A DNA stretch of 64,000 nt from an uncultured Actinomycetota bacterium (GCA_963843455.1 CAWJKE010000016.1:159506-223505), one strand, 5' to 3'. Shown: positions 18,738 through 29,152, numbered from the stretch's first letter. Made by a program: numbers and translations. Notes: generated from the sequence alone by a model not told the origin.

Positions 18738-19076
18738 ATGAACAACGTACTGGCCGTAGTGCTCATGCTCGGGGCGCTGGCAATCGTGATGATCTATGTT
18801 CCGCGCCTCCTATTGAGGAAGGCCACGCGGGACGTCGTATCTCTGTTCCGCGGACGGGGCGCCACCAGCCCCTCGACCGCAACGACCCTGGAGCAGCTTG
18901 GGATCGTCCAGAGGAGTCGGCTTGAAAGGCTGACCAGGCTCCGCGACTACCGACCCTATGCTGTGCGTCTGCTCACCAACACGAACGTCGTTAGAACGAC
19001 CGAAGAGGGCACGATGTACCTCTCGGAGGAGACGCTCGAACACTCGCCGGTGAAGAAGTTCGCCAGAATAGAGTAG
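18738..19076 (+). CDS. hypothetical membrane protein
   Basis: Transmembrane-like start MNNVLAVVLMLGALAIVMIYV. The ORF from 18636 probably includes a spurious extension. Confidence 0.45.
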   Translation: MNNVLAVVLMLGALAIVMIYVPRLLLRKATRDVVSLFRGRGATSPSTATTLEQLGIVQRSRLERLTRLRDYRPYAVRLLTNTNVVRTTEEGTMYLSEETLEHSPVKKFARIE

Positions 19077-19176
19077 ATGCGCTTTCGCAGGGCTTCGATG
19101 CTTGTCCTAGGCCCTGTGGGAGGAAACCAGTAAACTACGCCAACGTGCGGACCGCATCCTAGACCGGGAGGAAGAC

Positions 19177-19560
19177 ATGGCACTGCTCGATGGCACCTGC
19201 CGCGAGGTCCTTGAAGCAACCGAGTTCGTAGCGATGGTCACCGCCGGCCCCGAAGGGCCGCACATTACGGCGACGTGGGGCGACTATGTCCGCCAGTTGG
19301 GGCTCGAAGGCAATCGCTTGATCATCCCCGCGGGCTACTATCGCCAGATGGAGGCAAACCTGGAGCTTGATCCCGAGATCCAGCTTCTAGTAGCATCGCG
19401 CCGGGTTGAGGGGAAGCTCGGACCGGGCCAGGGGTTCACCTTGAAGGGGACCGGCAAGATCGTTGACTCAGGCGAAGAGATGGATCGGGTGAAGGCTCAT
19501 TTCCCCTGGGCCCGCGGAGCTCTGGTCGTGCAAGTCTCGGAGGCTATCCCGCATCTGTGA
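19177..19560 (+). CDS. pyridoxamine 5'-phosphate oxidase-like FMN-binding split-barrel protein
   Basis: GGAGGAAGAC ribosome-binding site. 127 aa. Confidence 0.6.
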   Translation: MALLDGTCREVLEATEFVAMVTAGPEGPHITATWGDYVRQLGLEGNRLIIPAGYYRQMEANLELDPEIQLLVASRRVEGKLGPGQGFTLKGTGKIVDSGEEMDRVKAHFPWARGALVVQVSEAIPHL

Positions 19561-19590
19561 AGCCCCAGATAGACCGCTATCCCGGTCCGC

Positions 19591-20241
19591 TCACCGTGCC
19601 TTCTTCGCCACCACGAAATACTCTGAGGTGCTGTGGACCAACTCCTCGGTCTCGATAGTGACTAGACCCGCGGCGTCCATAGTCTCCCGCAGTTCCCCGA
19701 TCGTGCAGCGCCACACGTGGGGGATCACTCGCAGCCTATCGGCCAACCTCACCAGAAGCATCACGCCCCTGACCGACAGTGTCCCCTTCTCCCCCAAGCA
19801 GGGCGTCACGGAAATGAGCAGACCTTCCGGTTTCAACAGTTCCTCTATCCTTCGCAAGGCCTGTGGTGCGTCGTCCAGCAGGTGGAATATGTTGAAGGCC
19901 AGGACTGCGTCGAACGACGCACGCTCGAGGCCTTCGTCGAATATCGTGGCTTTCGAGAAGGACACGTTGTCGACCTTGCGCGCCTCTGCCGCTTCGCCTG
20001 CGGCGGCGATCATCCTGGACGAGATGTCGATACCGTGGATCGCCTTCACGCCGGCGGCCAGCTTCAGATCTACGCTGCCCATCGCACAGCCGTAGTCCAG
20101 CACGGTATCGGTGGCTTTGAGGTACGGCCTGGTCTTGGCAAGGACCTTGGTGTCGGTCTGGTCGGAGTCCTCGGTCGGTTTGTCCCAGTTGCGGGCGAGT
20201 CTGTCCCAGAACTTCTCCGCCTTGCTCCGTCTAGGCGTCAT
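19591..20241 (-). CDS. class I SAM-dependent methyltransferase
   Basis: Motif I VLDYGCAMG and a FNIFHL post-I region. Start at MTPRRSKAEKF. Confidence 0.7.
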   Translation of the reverse strand: MTPRRSKAEKFWDRLARNWDKPTEDSDQTDTKVLAKTRPYLKATDTVLDYGCAMGSVDLKLAAGVKAIHGIDISSRMIAAAGEAAEARKVDNVSFSKATIFDEGLERASFDAVLAFNIFHLLDDAPQALRRIEELLKPEGLLISVTPCLGEKGTLSVRGVMLLVRLADRLRVIPHVWRCTIGELRETMDAAGLVTIETEELVHSTSEYFVVAKKAR

Positions 20242-20956
20242 GATAATCCTCGGTGAGGAAGACCTCCCGCGCACGTACAGCCGGCTGATTGAATCCTTTG
20301 ACTATCAACCACACGGCCAGGACCATCTCCTGGACGCCTATCGGGATATTGAGAACATTGTTGACCGTCGTGAAGCCGAACTCCTGGGTGAAGCCGGCGT
20401 ACACGGTCGCTACCAAAGACAAGACGACCGCGACGAGACCCCAGCCCGACAGCCATCGGGGGATCAGCCGTGATCTGTACAGCAGGTAGTAGTACAGGAG
20501 AGCACCCAGGAGAAACGAGAGGGACATGAGGAACCCGTGCACCCACTCGCGTACGGCGAGCAACGTGTCTGTCGAGGCCGGCCAAGAGGATGAAGGGGGA
20601 GATCCGGCCGCCACATAGTCCTGGCTCAATGTCAGTAGCACCAGCAGGCTGAGAGTGCCGACAAGAACGAGTACGCCCTCCACCGTCCTGGCGGCGACCG
20701 ATCCAAGGGCCAACGCTCGGTTCTGCCTTCTTACGACGGGATACAGCGCGATCGCAATGCCCGCGGCGGTAGCGGCCCAGACGAACTCGATGAGCGCCGT
20801 CAATACCACCCGGTTGTCGTTCGCCGCCAGCCTGGCTAGATCGACCGGGGAGTCCAGCATCGAGCCAAGCGGAACAATACTCAGAATGCTCGCAGCCGAG
20901 CAGGCGATGAACAGGACTCCCACCGCGATCGCGTTGCCTCTGTATGGAGACTTCAT
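20231..20956 (-). CDS. DUF4386-like multi-transmembrane membrane protein
   Basis: 241 aa, about 6 transmembrane segments. Overlaps the methyltransferase start by about 10 nt. Confidence 0.6.
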   Translation of the reverse strand: MKSPYRGNAIAVGVLFIACSAASILSIVPLGSMLDSPVDLARLAANDNRVVLTALIEFVWAATAAGIAIALYPVVRRQNRALALGSVAARTVEGVLVLVGTLSLLVLLTLSQDYVAAGSPPSSSWPASTDTLLAVREWVHGFLMSLSFLLGALLYYYLLYRSRLIPRWLSGWGLVAVVLSLVATVYAGFTQEFGFTTVNNVLNIPIGVQEMVLAVWLIVKGFNQPAVRAREVFLTEDYHDA

Positions 20957-20971
20957 GTTTCTCTCCTTACG

Positions 20972-21620
20972 CTATTCGGAGAGGCCGAAGGGCGGGTACT
21001 GGTCGGTGACGAGCAGGATGGCGTATGCCTCGACCCGCAGCGACCAGCGCTGCACACCGACCACGTAGTCGAAGAGAGCCCGCGGGTACTTGCCGGTGAA
21101 AAGGATGGCGAACCAGGCGATGATGATGCAGACCGCGGCTCCTATCCACAGGAAGAAGAGCACGATCCAGTGGGGGATAGCCAGGAACCATTTGACCAGC
21201 GGAAGTCCGCGGCTGAGTTGCCCGGCGTCGGGGTAGACGAGATCGAGATGGACCGCCTGCTCCTCGTCGGTGGAGGGGTATTCGTCCCGAAGTAGCGTGG
21301 CGTAGACCCACACGCGCGCCAGGAACCGGGTGAGCTCAAGGTTCCAGTCGAACCACCAACGCGGGTACTTCTTGCGGAACAGGATCATGAGAAGTAGGGG
21401 GGCGAATAGTATGCCCACCGTCGTCCACGACCAGGTGTAGTCGGTTCCCTCGATGCTGATGCTTCCCGAAGTGAGCAGGGTCGCGATGAGCGAGGATCGG
21501 GATGATCCACAGGAAGCGGAAGAAGGAAGTGAGCCGGTTGAGAGGCTTGTCCGGGTAGTCGACGCGGAAGGTCAGGGGATACCTGGTCGCGGTTGGATTA
21601 GGCAGCATCGGTGTCTGCAT
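20972..21620 (-). pseudogene. DUF4389 family membrane protein, frame-disrupted near 21495
   Basis: The N-terminal repeat (MQTPMLPNPTATRYPLTFRVDYPDKPLNRLTSFFRFLWIIPILA) is in the ORF 21336..21701 frame. The continuation (IATLLTSGSISIEGTDYTWSWTTVGILFAPLLLMILFRKKYPRWWFDWNLEL..., second repeat LVYPDAGQLSRGLPLVKWFLAIPHWIV) is in the +1 frame. Confidence 0.65.
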
Positions 21621-21734
21621 GTCCCCTCCTGTTCGGGTGCGGACGGGCGGGCGCCCCTTCTCTTGGTGTGGCCCTTCCAGAGTACCGACCGCCAGGAGCA
21701 AGAGAACCGGGCGAATGCAGGGAATGAGGGCCCG

Positions 21735-23984
21735 CTATATGGCGAGTCTTTCGCTGGCCGATTGGGGGGGGCCGGAACAACGGACCCGCGTGGCAGCCGC
21801 GCAGAACGTCACCCGTCGACCTCCCCTTCGAGCCGCGCCCGAATTGTTGCCGGCCGCCTGCCGTCCACGGCGAGCGAGCCTGGAGGGCCACCACACCGGG
21901 TCGCCGACGTCGTACACCAACGCCGGCACGAGCAAGGCGCGGACGACCAGCGCGTCGAGCAATACGCCGAAGGCGACGATGATGGCGAGCTGAACCAGAA
22001 ACAGAATCGGGATCACGGCCAAGGCGGCAAAGGTCGCAGCCAGCACGATACCTGCCGAGGTGATCACGCCACCGGTGACCACGAGTCCGCGCAGCACGCC
22101 CTCCCTCGTCCCGCGCACCAGTGATTCCTCCCTTACGCGGGTCATGAGGAAGATGTTGTAGTCGACGCCGAGGGCGACCAGGAACACGAACGCATACAGC
22201 GGGACCGAGGGGTCGGAGCCGGGGAAGCCGAGCAGATGGTTGAAGATCAGGCTCGAAATGCCCAAGGCCGCGCCGAAGCTCACCAATGTGGTGACCGTCA
22301 GAAGCAGTGGCGCCACGATGCTGCGCAGCAACAGCATCAGGATCAAAGTGATCACGAGAAGGACCACCGGGATAATGAGGTTACGGTCGCGCGTGCTGGT
22401 CAGGTTCGTGTCGAGGGCGGTGGCCGTCGATCCGCCCACGATGATCGAGGAGTCGACCGACCGGAGCGCGGTGCGCAGGTCGGTGACCGTCTGTTCGGCC
22501 TCCAGAGAGTCGGCCTTGGCGGCGAGGGTGAGCTGCAGCATCACGGTACCGTCGACCACGGTGGGAGCAGCCTGCGCGAATGGTCCGCCCGTGGGAGTGG
22601 GGATAGGGATGGAACCGCTCGGCGAATCCGCGGAGACGACCGAGGCGCCGCTCACCCCGGTGTTCTCGAGAGCGACCGCGGCAGCCTCGCTGAGCTTCGC
22701 CTGGGGGACGATCACCTGTACGGGCTGACCTGAGCCCCCGGGGAAGTGGGCCGCGAGGACGTTCTGGCCATCACGCGCCGACGACTCGCCTATCAGCAGG
22801 TCGCTGGCCGGCACCCCGCTCGCGTTCAGGCCGACGAGACCGATGCAGGCGAGCGCCAGAACGATCCCGACGGCAACCCACGTCGGTCGGGCCCGGGTAC
22901 GGATCATGCCGGCTATTCGCGCCCAGATGCTCTTCGGGTTCTGCTCGGTGTGCGGGCTGCCGTAGTCCACGTGCCGCGGCCAAAACGCGGCTCGTCCGGC
23001 CAGCAGGAGCATCGCCGGCAGGAACGTAAGGGCGGCCAGGACCGCGAAGACGATGCCAACCGCAGCCACAGGGCCCAACGCCTTGTTCGAGGCCAGATCG
23101 GAGAGGAGCAGGCACAGCAACCCGGCAATGACCGTGCCGCCGGAGGCAAGGATCGCCCCGACCGATCCCTTCCAGGCGGCCTTGGTCGCACTCCAGACCG
23201 ACTCGTTGTCGCGTAGCGCCTCCCGGAAGCGCGAGACGTACAGTAGCGAGTAGTCCGTCGTCGCCCCGATGACCAGGATCAAGAGGATCCCCTGTACCTG
23301 GGCGTTGATCTTGAAGACTCCTGCCTTGGCCAGGTAGAAGTTCACCATGACGGCGACGCATAGTGCGGCCATCGAGACGAGCAGTACCATGATCGGCAGC
23401 AGCGGAGATCGGTAGACGATGACCAGGATGATCAGCACCGTGAGCACCGCGACCACCAGCAGCAAACCGTCCACGCCTGCGAATCCATTGCCCAGGTCGG
23501 CACTCAGCCCCGCAGCACCGGTGACGTACACCGCGAGACCCTCGGGAGCCCCCTCGAGGGCCGTGCGCAGTTCGCCGACGGCGACTGTGACCTCGGCATC
23601 GGTAGACAAGGGCACGAACATCTGCGCCGCCATCCCGTCCTGGGACGGAATGGCCGGCGACACGGCGCCGGGGATGGCATCGACCTTCTCGGGCAGCTGG
23701 GTGAATTGTGCAGCGAGCCAGGCTTGGTCCTCAGCAGTGAGGCCGCCGGCGCGCTCGGCTACCACGATAGCGGGGATGGTGTCGTCGCCGTAGAAGTCGG
23801 TGAACCGCTTCTGCACCTGGGTGGACTCGGCGCTGCTCGGCAGATATGAGGACTGGTCGTTTGTCGCAACTTCATCGATCCGGCCGAAGTATTGCCCACC
23901 GAGTCCGGTAAGGGCAACCCACGCGAGGATCAGCAGCAGCCCGATCAGGGGGCGTACCCAGCGTCGCGAAGGTTGTGAGGCCAT
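21735..23984 (-). CDS. MMPL family (RND superfamily) transporter
   Basis: 749 aa with about 12 transmembrane segments and two large loops. MMPL-type N-terminus. Confidence 0.8.
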   Translation of the reverse strand: MASQPSRRWVRPLIGLLLILAWVALTGLGGQYFGRIDEVATNDQSSYLPSSAESTQVQKRFTDFYGDDTIPAIVVAERAGGLTAEDQAWLAAQFTQLPEKVDAIPGAVSPAIPSQDGMAAQMFVPLSTDAEVTVAVGELRTALEGAPEGLAVYVTGAAGLSADLGNGFAGVDGLLLVVAVLTVLIILVIVYRSPLLPIMVLLVSMAALCVAVMVNFYLAKAGVFKINAQVQGILLILVIGATTDYSLLYVSRFREALRDNESVWSATKAAWKGSVGAILASGGTVIAGLLCLLLSDLASNKALGPVAAVGIVFAVLAALTFLPAMLLLAGRAAFWPRHVDYGSPHTEQNPKSIWARIAGMIRTRARPTWVAVGIVLALACIGLVGLNASGVPASDLLIGESSARDGQNVLAAHFPGGSGQPVQVIVPQAKLSEAAAVALENTGVSGASVVSADSPSGSIPIPTPTGGPFAQAAPTVVDGTVMLQLTLAAKADSLEAEQTVTDLRTALRSVDSSIIVGGSTATALDTNLTSTRDRNLIIPVVLLVITLILMLLLRSIVAPLLLTVTTLVSFGAALGISSLIFNHLLGFPGSDPSVPLYAFVFLVALGVDYNIFLMTRVREESLVRGTREGVLRGLVVTGGVITSAGIVLAATFAALAVIPILFLVQLAIIVAFGVLLDALVVRALLVPALVYDVGDPVWWPSRLARRGRQAAGNNSGAARRGGRRVTFCAAATRVRCSGPPQSASERLAI

Positions 23985-24362
23985 TGAGATCTCCTTTTAT
24001 TCAGACCCGGCGAACCCGGCGGATCTGCTGGGTTCAGGGGCGTGCGACTCCTGATGATACACGCGGCCCCACGGACGGACGCAGCGCCTTCCTTCGACCA
24101 CGTTAACGTTCTCTGCGCGAGGCGCCGACGACTAAGAAAGACTTATTCGGGAAGGAGTCGTCACGTGCGTGAACGTCGAGGTCAACTCCGTCAGAGGCAG
24201 CGTGATGCGCATATGGAAGTGGCGATGGCTGGGATGGCGCGACAGCACTCCGGGCTTCAAGGGAAGCATGATCCTCTTGGGAGTCGTCGCCGCCTACATC
24301 GCCGTGCGTGCGTTCACCGTTTGGTAGCCTCACGGGCGCGGACCACGCAAAGGCTGATCCGA

Positions 24363-24821
24363 TCAGCCCTTGTTTGGGTCGAAGCTGGTGGTTGACGCGA
24401 ATCCCGGAGCAAACATGATGTGCCCGAACATGATGGGCCGGTCTACCCTTTTGAAGTTGAGCGGGGCGTGCGGCAGATCCTTGGGGACGTACACCCAGGT
24501 GGTGCTGGTGATGGTATGGGTCTCGGCGTCGTCGCCCTCGCCCATGATGAATTCGACCTCCGCCCCGAAATCCCCGAAATCCATGGGGTTGCCGCCGATA
24601 AAGTAGAGGAACTCAGCACAGTTGTGGCTGTGCGGTTTGGGGATCATGAGGTACGGCCGGTAGATCGGGCGCAGTACCTGGGTAAAGGGCTCGTCCCATC
24701 CCTCTGCAGGGCCTTCCTGATTGATGCCGATATAGACGGGCTGATCAGGGTCCTTATTACCCGGGGTAGGGATCCCCCAGGGTTCTTTCAAGAAGTTCTT
24801 GCTGTACTTGCTGTCGGCCAC
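24363..24821 (-). CDS. cupin-like domain protein
   Basis: GTG start with a GGAGG ribosome-binding site. Shares the KRVDRP...IMF motif with both halves of the bicupin at 37151. Confidence 0.6.
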   Translation of the reverse strand: MADSKYSKNFLKEPWGIPTPGNKDPDQPVYIGINQEGPAEGWDEPFTQVLRPIYRPYLMIPKPHSHNCAEFLYFIGGNPMDFGDFGAEVEFIMGEGDDAETHTITSTTWVYVPKDLPHAPLNFKRVDRPIMFGHIMFAPGFASTTSFDPNKG

Positions 24822-24850
24822 TTGTCGCCTCCATCGGTTAGAACATTGAC

Positions 24851-25663
24851 TCAGCTAAGGCCTACGAGCGCCTGCCTCATCTCCTCGACCGAACGGTACC
24901 GGGCGGCCGGGTCCTTCTGCAGCGCCCGCAGGACCACCTTGTCGATCGACCCGGGCACGCCGGGCCTTTGCTGACTTGGAGGGGTGGGCGGCGTGGTCAG
25001 GTGCTTATGGGTCACCACGTCGGCCGAGATGCCATCGAACGGGACCTTACCGGTCACCAGCTCGTACAGGATCACTCCCAGCGCGTAGACGTCGGTCTGA
25101 GGGATCACTCGGTCGCTCTGGATCTGCTCCGGGCTGAGATAGTAGGCTGTCGCCGCCGCCCGGCTCTCTCCCTCGGGCAGGAGATTGGCGATCGCCATGC
25201 CCCACCCCGTCACCTTCACCTGGTCGGACTCGGCCGACACCAGCAGGTTGGAGGTCTTCAGATTGCCGTGGGACACGCCCTGGGACTCGATGGCAGCCAC
25301 GGCCGAGGCGGCCTGCGCGACGTAGCGGACTGCGAGATCGGGCTCCAAAGGTCCCCCCGCCTGGATCATGCTCTCAAGGTCGATGCCCGGGATGTAGTCG
25401 CGCACCACGTAGTAGTCGTCTCCTTCGCGGCCCCACGCGCTCGGGACGATCAGGCTGGGGTGTCCGGCCACCGCCTCGAGGCGCGCGGACATGTCGGCAG
25501 CAAGCTCCGGCGACACGTCCCGCAGGACCTTGAGCACCACGACCTCCCCCCCGGGTCCCGTCGCCTGGTACGTCTCCGCCGACCCGGCCGCATCCAGCCG
25601 TCGTTCCAGCCGGTAGCCACCAATCACCACCGGCTCCCTTGCACCGCCCATATCGACCCCCAT
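24851..25663 (-). CDS. Ser/Thr protein kinase-like protein (probable pseudokinase)
   Basis: Has a kinase fold with the VAIK-type Lys (VVVLKVL). The catalytic loop is HGNLKTSN rather than HRDLKxxN, and GWG replaces DFG. Confidence 0.65.
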   Translation of the reverse strand: MGVDMGGAREPVVIGGYRLERRLDAAGSAETYQATGPGGEVVVLKVLRDVSPELAADMSARLEAVAGHPSLIVPSAWGREGDDYYVVRDYIPGIDLESMIQAGGPLEPDLAVRYVAQAASAVAAIESQGVSHGNLKTSNLLVSAESDQVKVTGWGMAIANLLPEGESRAAATAYYLSPEQIQSDRVIPQTDVYALGVILYELVTGKVPFDGISADVVTHKHLTTPPTPPSQQRPGVPGSIDKVVLRALQKDPAARYRSVEEMRQALVGLS

Positions 25664-25718
25664 CTTCCGACGTTGACCTGCACGGCGTCGCGAGCGACGC
25701 CGACACCTTCGCTTCTCG

Positions 25719-26606
25719 TCAGTGTAGCTTCTTGCGTCCGAGGAATGGCACCAGGACCGGTGTCCGCCGCTTGTATGCCTGGTACGTTTCCTGGCCGCCC
25801 CACGTCGCTTCGGCCTTCTTCTCGAGGAGCGGCACGCCGCTCACGCGGGTGATGAGCAGGTAGACGAAGATCGGCGAGATCAGGGTCACGAACTGCCAGC
25901 CCCGAAGCACCGGCAGGGCGATGATCGCGATGCCCGTCCACAGCGTGATCTCGCCGAAGTAGTTCGGGTGCCGTGAGATCGCCCACAGGCCCGAGGTGAT
26001 GAACGAGCCCTTGTTGGCGGGGTCCGCTCGAAAACGGCTCTTCTGCAGGTCGGCGATGGCTTCGAGCGCGAAGCCGATGACCCACACTGCCAGGCCTACG
26101 AACGCGAACGGGTCGAGCCCCTTGGGCTCGGTCGACGTCACGGCCGCCAGCGCGGCGGCAAGCGTCAGGCTCACCCACAGCCCTTGCAGCGTCCACGTCA
26201 GGAGGAGGCGGGGAAACGAGCGCTTGATCTCGTCGAAGCGGTCGTCCTTGCCCGCTCGGCGCACACGGCGGAAGAGGAACGGTCCCAAACGTCCCGCCCA
26301 CACGAGCACGAGCACGAGCAACAGGATCGAGCGGGCGTCGGTGGCCCCGCTCAGTATCACCGCGAGCACGATGGCCGCGATGTAGGTGAAGCTGCCCGTG
26401 AGATCGTAGAAGCGCTCGGTGTGCAGCAGGTAGGACGGCACGAAGGCCAGCCACTGCACGACGAAGGCGAGGCCGACGATGAGCGCGAACACCGGGATGC
26501 TCCCCACAGCGACCCCACCCTGTGAGCCCGCCCATGCCACCAGGGCGGCGACGAGAACGACCACGAGCGACGCTCCGATCGAAGAGGCTCCCTGCTTGCG
26601 GGCCAT
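25719..26606 (-). CDS. DUF1295 / steroid-5-alpha-reductase-like (ICMT-like) integral membrane protein
   Basis: C-terminal motif ISRHPNYFGEITLWTGIAI. ATG at 26606 (MARKQG). Confidence 0.65.
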   Translation of the reverse strand: MARKQGASSIGASLVVVLVAALVAWAGSQGGVAVGSIPVFALIVGLAFVVQWLAFVPSYLLHTERFYDLTGSFTYIAAIVLAVILSGATDARSILLLVLVLVWAGRLGPFLFRRVRRAGKDDRFDEIKRSFPRLLLTWTLQGLWVSLTLAAALAAVTSTEPKGLDPFAFVGLAVWVIGFALEAIADLQKSRFRADPANKGSFITSGLWAISRHPNYFGEITLWTGIAIIALPVLRGWQFVTLISPIFVYLLITRVSGVPLLEKKAEATWGGQETYQAYKRRTPVLVPFLGRKKLH

Positions 26607-26981
26607 GTGATGCTCCTGTCGCACGGTTTCGGCTCACGCGAACTCGATAGCAATGGTAGCAGGACGTGTTCGGGGCCTCACTCCCGCGGCAGCACACCGG
26701 GTGGACAAGTCCTGAAGGTCGACTAGCCCTTTCTCTGACGGTACCAAGCGAGGGCATCTCTGTTTGCGCCTGACCTGCTATGCGAATCGAGCTCTCGGCA
26801 AAGGCGGCCTCCATCTGCGGAATACCAGTTGAGGATAGGGGTTCTGGAGTAGCCGGAAAGTCTCGGAACCAGCCACGGCCACCGTCTGGCCATGTTGAAC
26901 GCCCCTCGATCGCCAAAGTTGCAGCGACGGCGTACTTCCAAGATGATAGGTGAGCAAACACGCGCAACAGGAGAGGTTCAC

Positions 26982-27515
26982 ATGGGGAAGCAGAAGCTGA
27001 TACTCCTGCTCATCAACGTCCTCGGGGGAGCGGCCGTCATCGGCAGCTACGTCCTGGGACTCCGGGGAGGGTCGAGCGCGGCCGTCCTCTGGGGAGGAGT
27101 GCCCGAGAGTATCCGACCGGTCTACATGGTGTCCATGGTTATCTGCGCCCTGGGCTACTTCGCCTTCCTGTACTTCCTCCTCGTGAGGACCGTCCCGGGT
27201 GAAGTGGTCATAAGCGGCCGGTTCGGCTACAGCTTGTTCTACTCGATCTTCCTGCTGATCCTGGTCCCCTCCGCCTTCTGGATGCCGCTCACGAACCTCT
27301 ACGTCGACGATCCCCAGACAGGCACGTGGATAGCCGTGCGAGTGGTGCTGGCCATCGTGGGGCTTGCCTCGATCGCGCTGGCCTGGGCGTTGCTCACGCT
27401 ACGGCCCAACAATCGCGGCGCGGCATACTGGTCGGCGGTGGCGGGGGCCTGCTACTTCGCGCTCCACACGGCCGTCCTGGACGCCATCATCTGGGCTGCG
27501 TTGTTCAGGACGTGA
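26982..27515 (+). CDS. hypothetical multi-transmembrane membrane protein
   Basis: GGAGAGG ribosome-binding site and ATG at 26982. About 5 transmembrane segments. Confidence 0.55.
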   Translation: MGKQKLILLLINVLGGAAVIGSYVLGLRGGSSAAVLWGGVPESIRPVYMVSMVICALGYFAFLYFLLVRTVPGEVVISGRFGYSLFYSIFLLILVPSAFWMPLTNLYVDDPQTGTWIAVRVVLAIVGLASIALAWALLTLRPNNRGAAYWSAVAGACYFALHTAVLDAIIWAALFRT

Positions 27516-27766
27516 GGAAGGGCACGGCATGACACGCGAGGCGTGGGCCCCCCGGCCGATAACCGGGCACCCTCCTGAATCCCGTCTGGCAGTCGACCGG
27601 GAAGGCCCGATAGAGAGCCGGTACCTCAGGCTGCAGTACTGGCGGCCTCCGCGGCGCGTTGGTGACGTATTCCGGGTATGCTGGGTTTGGTACGTGCCCC
27701 GGCATCAGGACTTGGCCCCGGCGGGACCAGTCAGAGCGACCAGACCAAGGAATGAGGCATTGGCAG

Positions 27767-28102
27767 ATGGAAGAACTCGAGAAGCAGGTGCCGGTCATCG
27801 CAGATGAGACGGTGGAGACCGCGCAAGTGATTGCGGAACCGGTCGAAGACGAGGTCCGCGAGGAACCCGCGGAGGTCGAAGACGCCCCCGCTAAACCCGC
27901 AAAGATCGAGGCCGAGATAGAGGAGACCCTGACCCGGACGAAGGTGATCTCCCGCCTCAAGGCGATCGTGTTTGAGCTTGAAGGTGGAAGCCTGGTCGTT
28001 GAGGGCGTACCGGTGGGAGAACTCACCGATCCGGTGGACTTCGAGCTCGAGTATTCGGAGAAGCACGGCAAGCACAAGCTCGAGATCGAGCTGAAGTGGT
28101 AG
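27767..28102 (+). CDS. amphi-Trp domain protein (acidic, C-terminal ...LEIELKW)
   Basis: AGGAATGAGG ribosome-binding site. Acidic N-terminal region followed by a conserved C-terminal ~60 aa ending in W. Confidence 0.55.
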   Translation: MEELEKQVPVIADETVETAQVIAEPVEDEVREEPAEVEDAPAKPAKIEAEIEETLTRTKVISRLKAIVFELEGGSLVVEGVPVGELTDPVDFELEYSEKHGKHKLEIELKW

Positions 28103-28136
28103 TACCGAAGCCGTCCGGAGGGCAGGCGAGGTTGAA

Positions 28137-28358
28137 ATGAAAGATCCCGAAGAGATGACAGTCGACGAACTGAACGAGTACCTGTCCAGGCTGAAGGTCG
28201 ACCTCGAGGACCTCGAAGAGGAGAGGATATTCGTCCTCGGTCAGACTGGTCTTCACGTGTCTGCGGGCGCAGTCGCAAAGTACGAAGCCGAGTCCGCCTC
28301 GCTGAGGGGTCGAATCGACAGCGCCGAGCAACTCGCCCGCGCCAAACAGAAAGAATAG
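28137..28358 (+). CDS. small hypothetical protein (73 aa, charged, coiled-coil-like)
   Basis: Starts 32 nt after the amphi-Trp gene stop. Weak ribosome-binding site. Confidence 0.4.
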   Translation: MKDPEEMTVDELNEYLSRLKVDLEDLEEERIFVLGQTGLHVSAGAVAKYEAESASLRGRIDSAEQLARAKQKE

Positions 28359-28394
28359 CCTCCCCGTAGGAGAGCCCAGCGCTGCCAGGCCCGT

Positions 28395-28427
28395 CCTACC
28401 CGGCCGCGAAGCCCTACCCGGCCGCGA
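28395..28427. repeat. tandem duplication (2 x CCTACCCGGCCGCGA) spanning the stop codon of the 28414..29058 gene, plus an overlapping hairpin CCCGGC-CGCGA-GCCGGG
   Basis: Seen directly. The duplicate copies the GCGGCCGGGTAG (AAG-stop) C-terminus. Confidence 0.5.
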
Positions 28428-29058
28428 GCCGGGCACCCATCTCAAACGCCCTTTGGCAGTCGATCGGAAACTGTTCGTCTCGCCTCTTGGTCCTGGCCTC
28501 TACGTCGAACATGGCCGCGTTCACGGCCGAGTAGTCCGCGAACTGGTAGTTCTCGTGCGAGGTGAGGACTTCTGTCGTGCCCTTGAGGATCCCCATGACG
28601 AGGGCGTGAAATTCGAATAGCACGTCGTACTTGACGGTCTTGACGAACTCCTCGGGACAGTTCATGGTGAAGATGAGGCCGCACGACACCTTCCCCGCGA
28701 AGGTCGAGACGCCGTACTCGTCGTAGGAAGCGCTGGGAAACAGCAGACGCTCTTGAAACGAGCGCATCTCTCCGGTCACATCGCCGAAGTAGATGGGTGA
28801 GCCCAGAAGGAGCACGTCGCTCTCAAGAACCCGCTCGAGCACCTCCCGCAGATCGTCGCGCATGGCGCAGAGCGAGCCGCAGGTGTTGCCTTTCCGCTTG
28901 CACGAGAAGCAACTGGTGCACCCCTGGTAGGTCAGGTCGTAGAGATGGACCAGTCTTGTCTGCGCCCCCACGCTTTCTGCACCCTCCAGGGCGTTCTTCA
29001 GCAGAGTGCCGGTGCTCCAGTCCTTTCGCGGACTGCCGTTCACTGCGATCACGTTCAT
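28414..29058 (-). CDS. iron-sulfur flavoprotein / NADPH-dependent FMN reductase-like (flavodoxin fold)
   Basis: N-terminus MNVIAVNGSPRK and a CTSCFSCK Cys cluster. 214 aa. Confidence 0.7.
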   Translation of the reverse strand: MNVIAVNGSPRKDWSTGTLLKNALEGAESVGAQTRLVHLYDLTYQGCTSCFSCKRKGNTCGSLCAMRDDLREVLERVLESDVLLLGSPIYFGDVTGEMRSFQERLLFPSASYDEYGVSTFAGKVSCGLIFTMNCPEEFVKTVKYDVLFEFHALVMGILKGTTEVLTSHENYQFADYSAVNAAMFDVEARTKRRDEQFPIDCQRAFEMGARLAAG

Positions 29059-29152
29059 GTTCGCTCCACTTGTCGGTCGTCGCTATGCACCCATGCTATC
29101 GCGCCGGATTCGATTCAGCCCGGAGTGGAGCGGTCCCGCATGCGGCAGGCGG

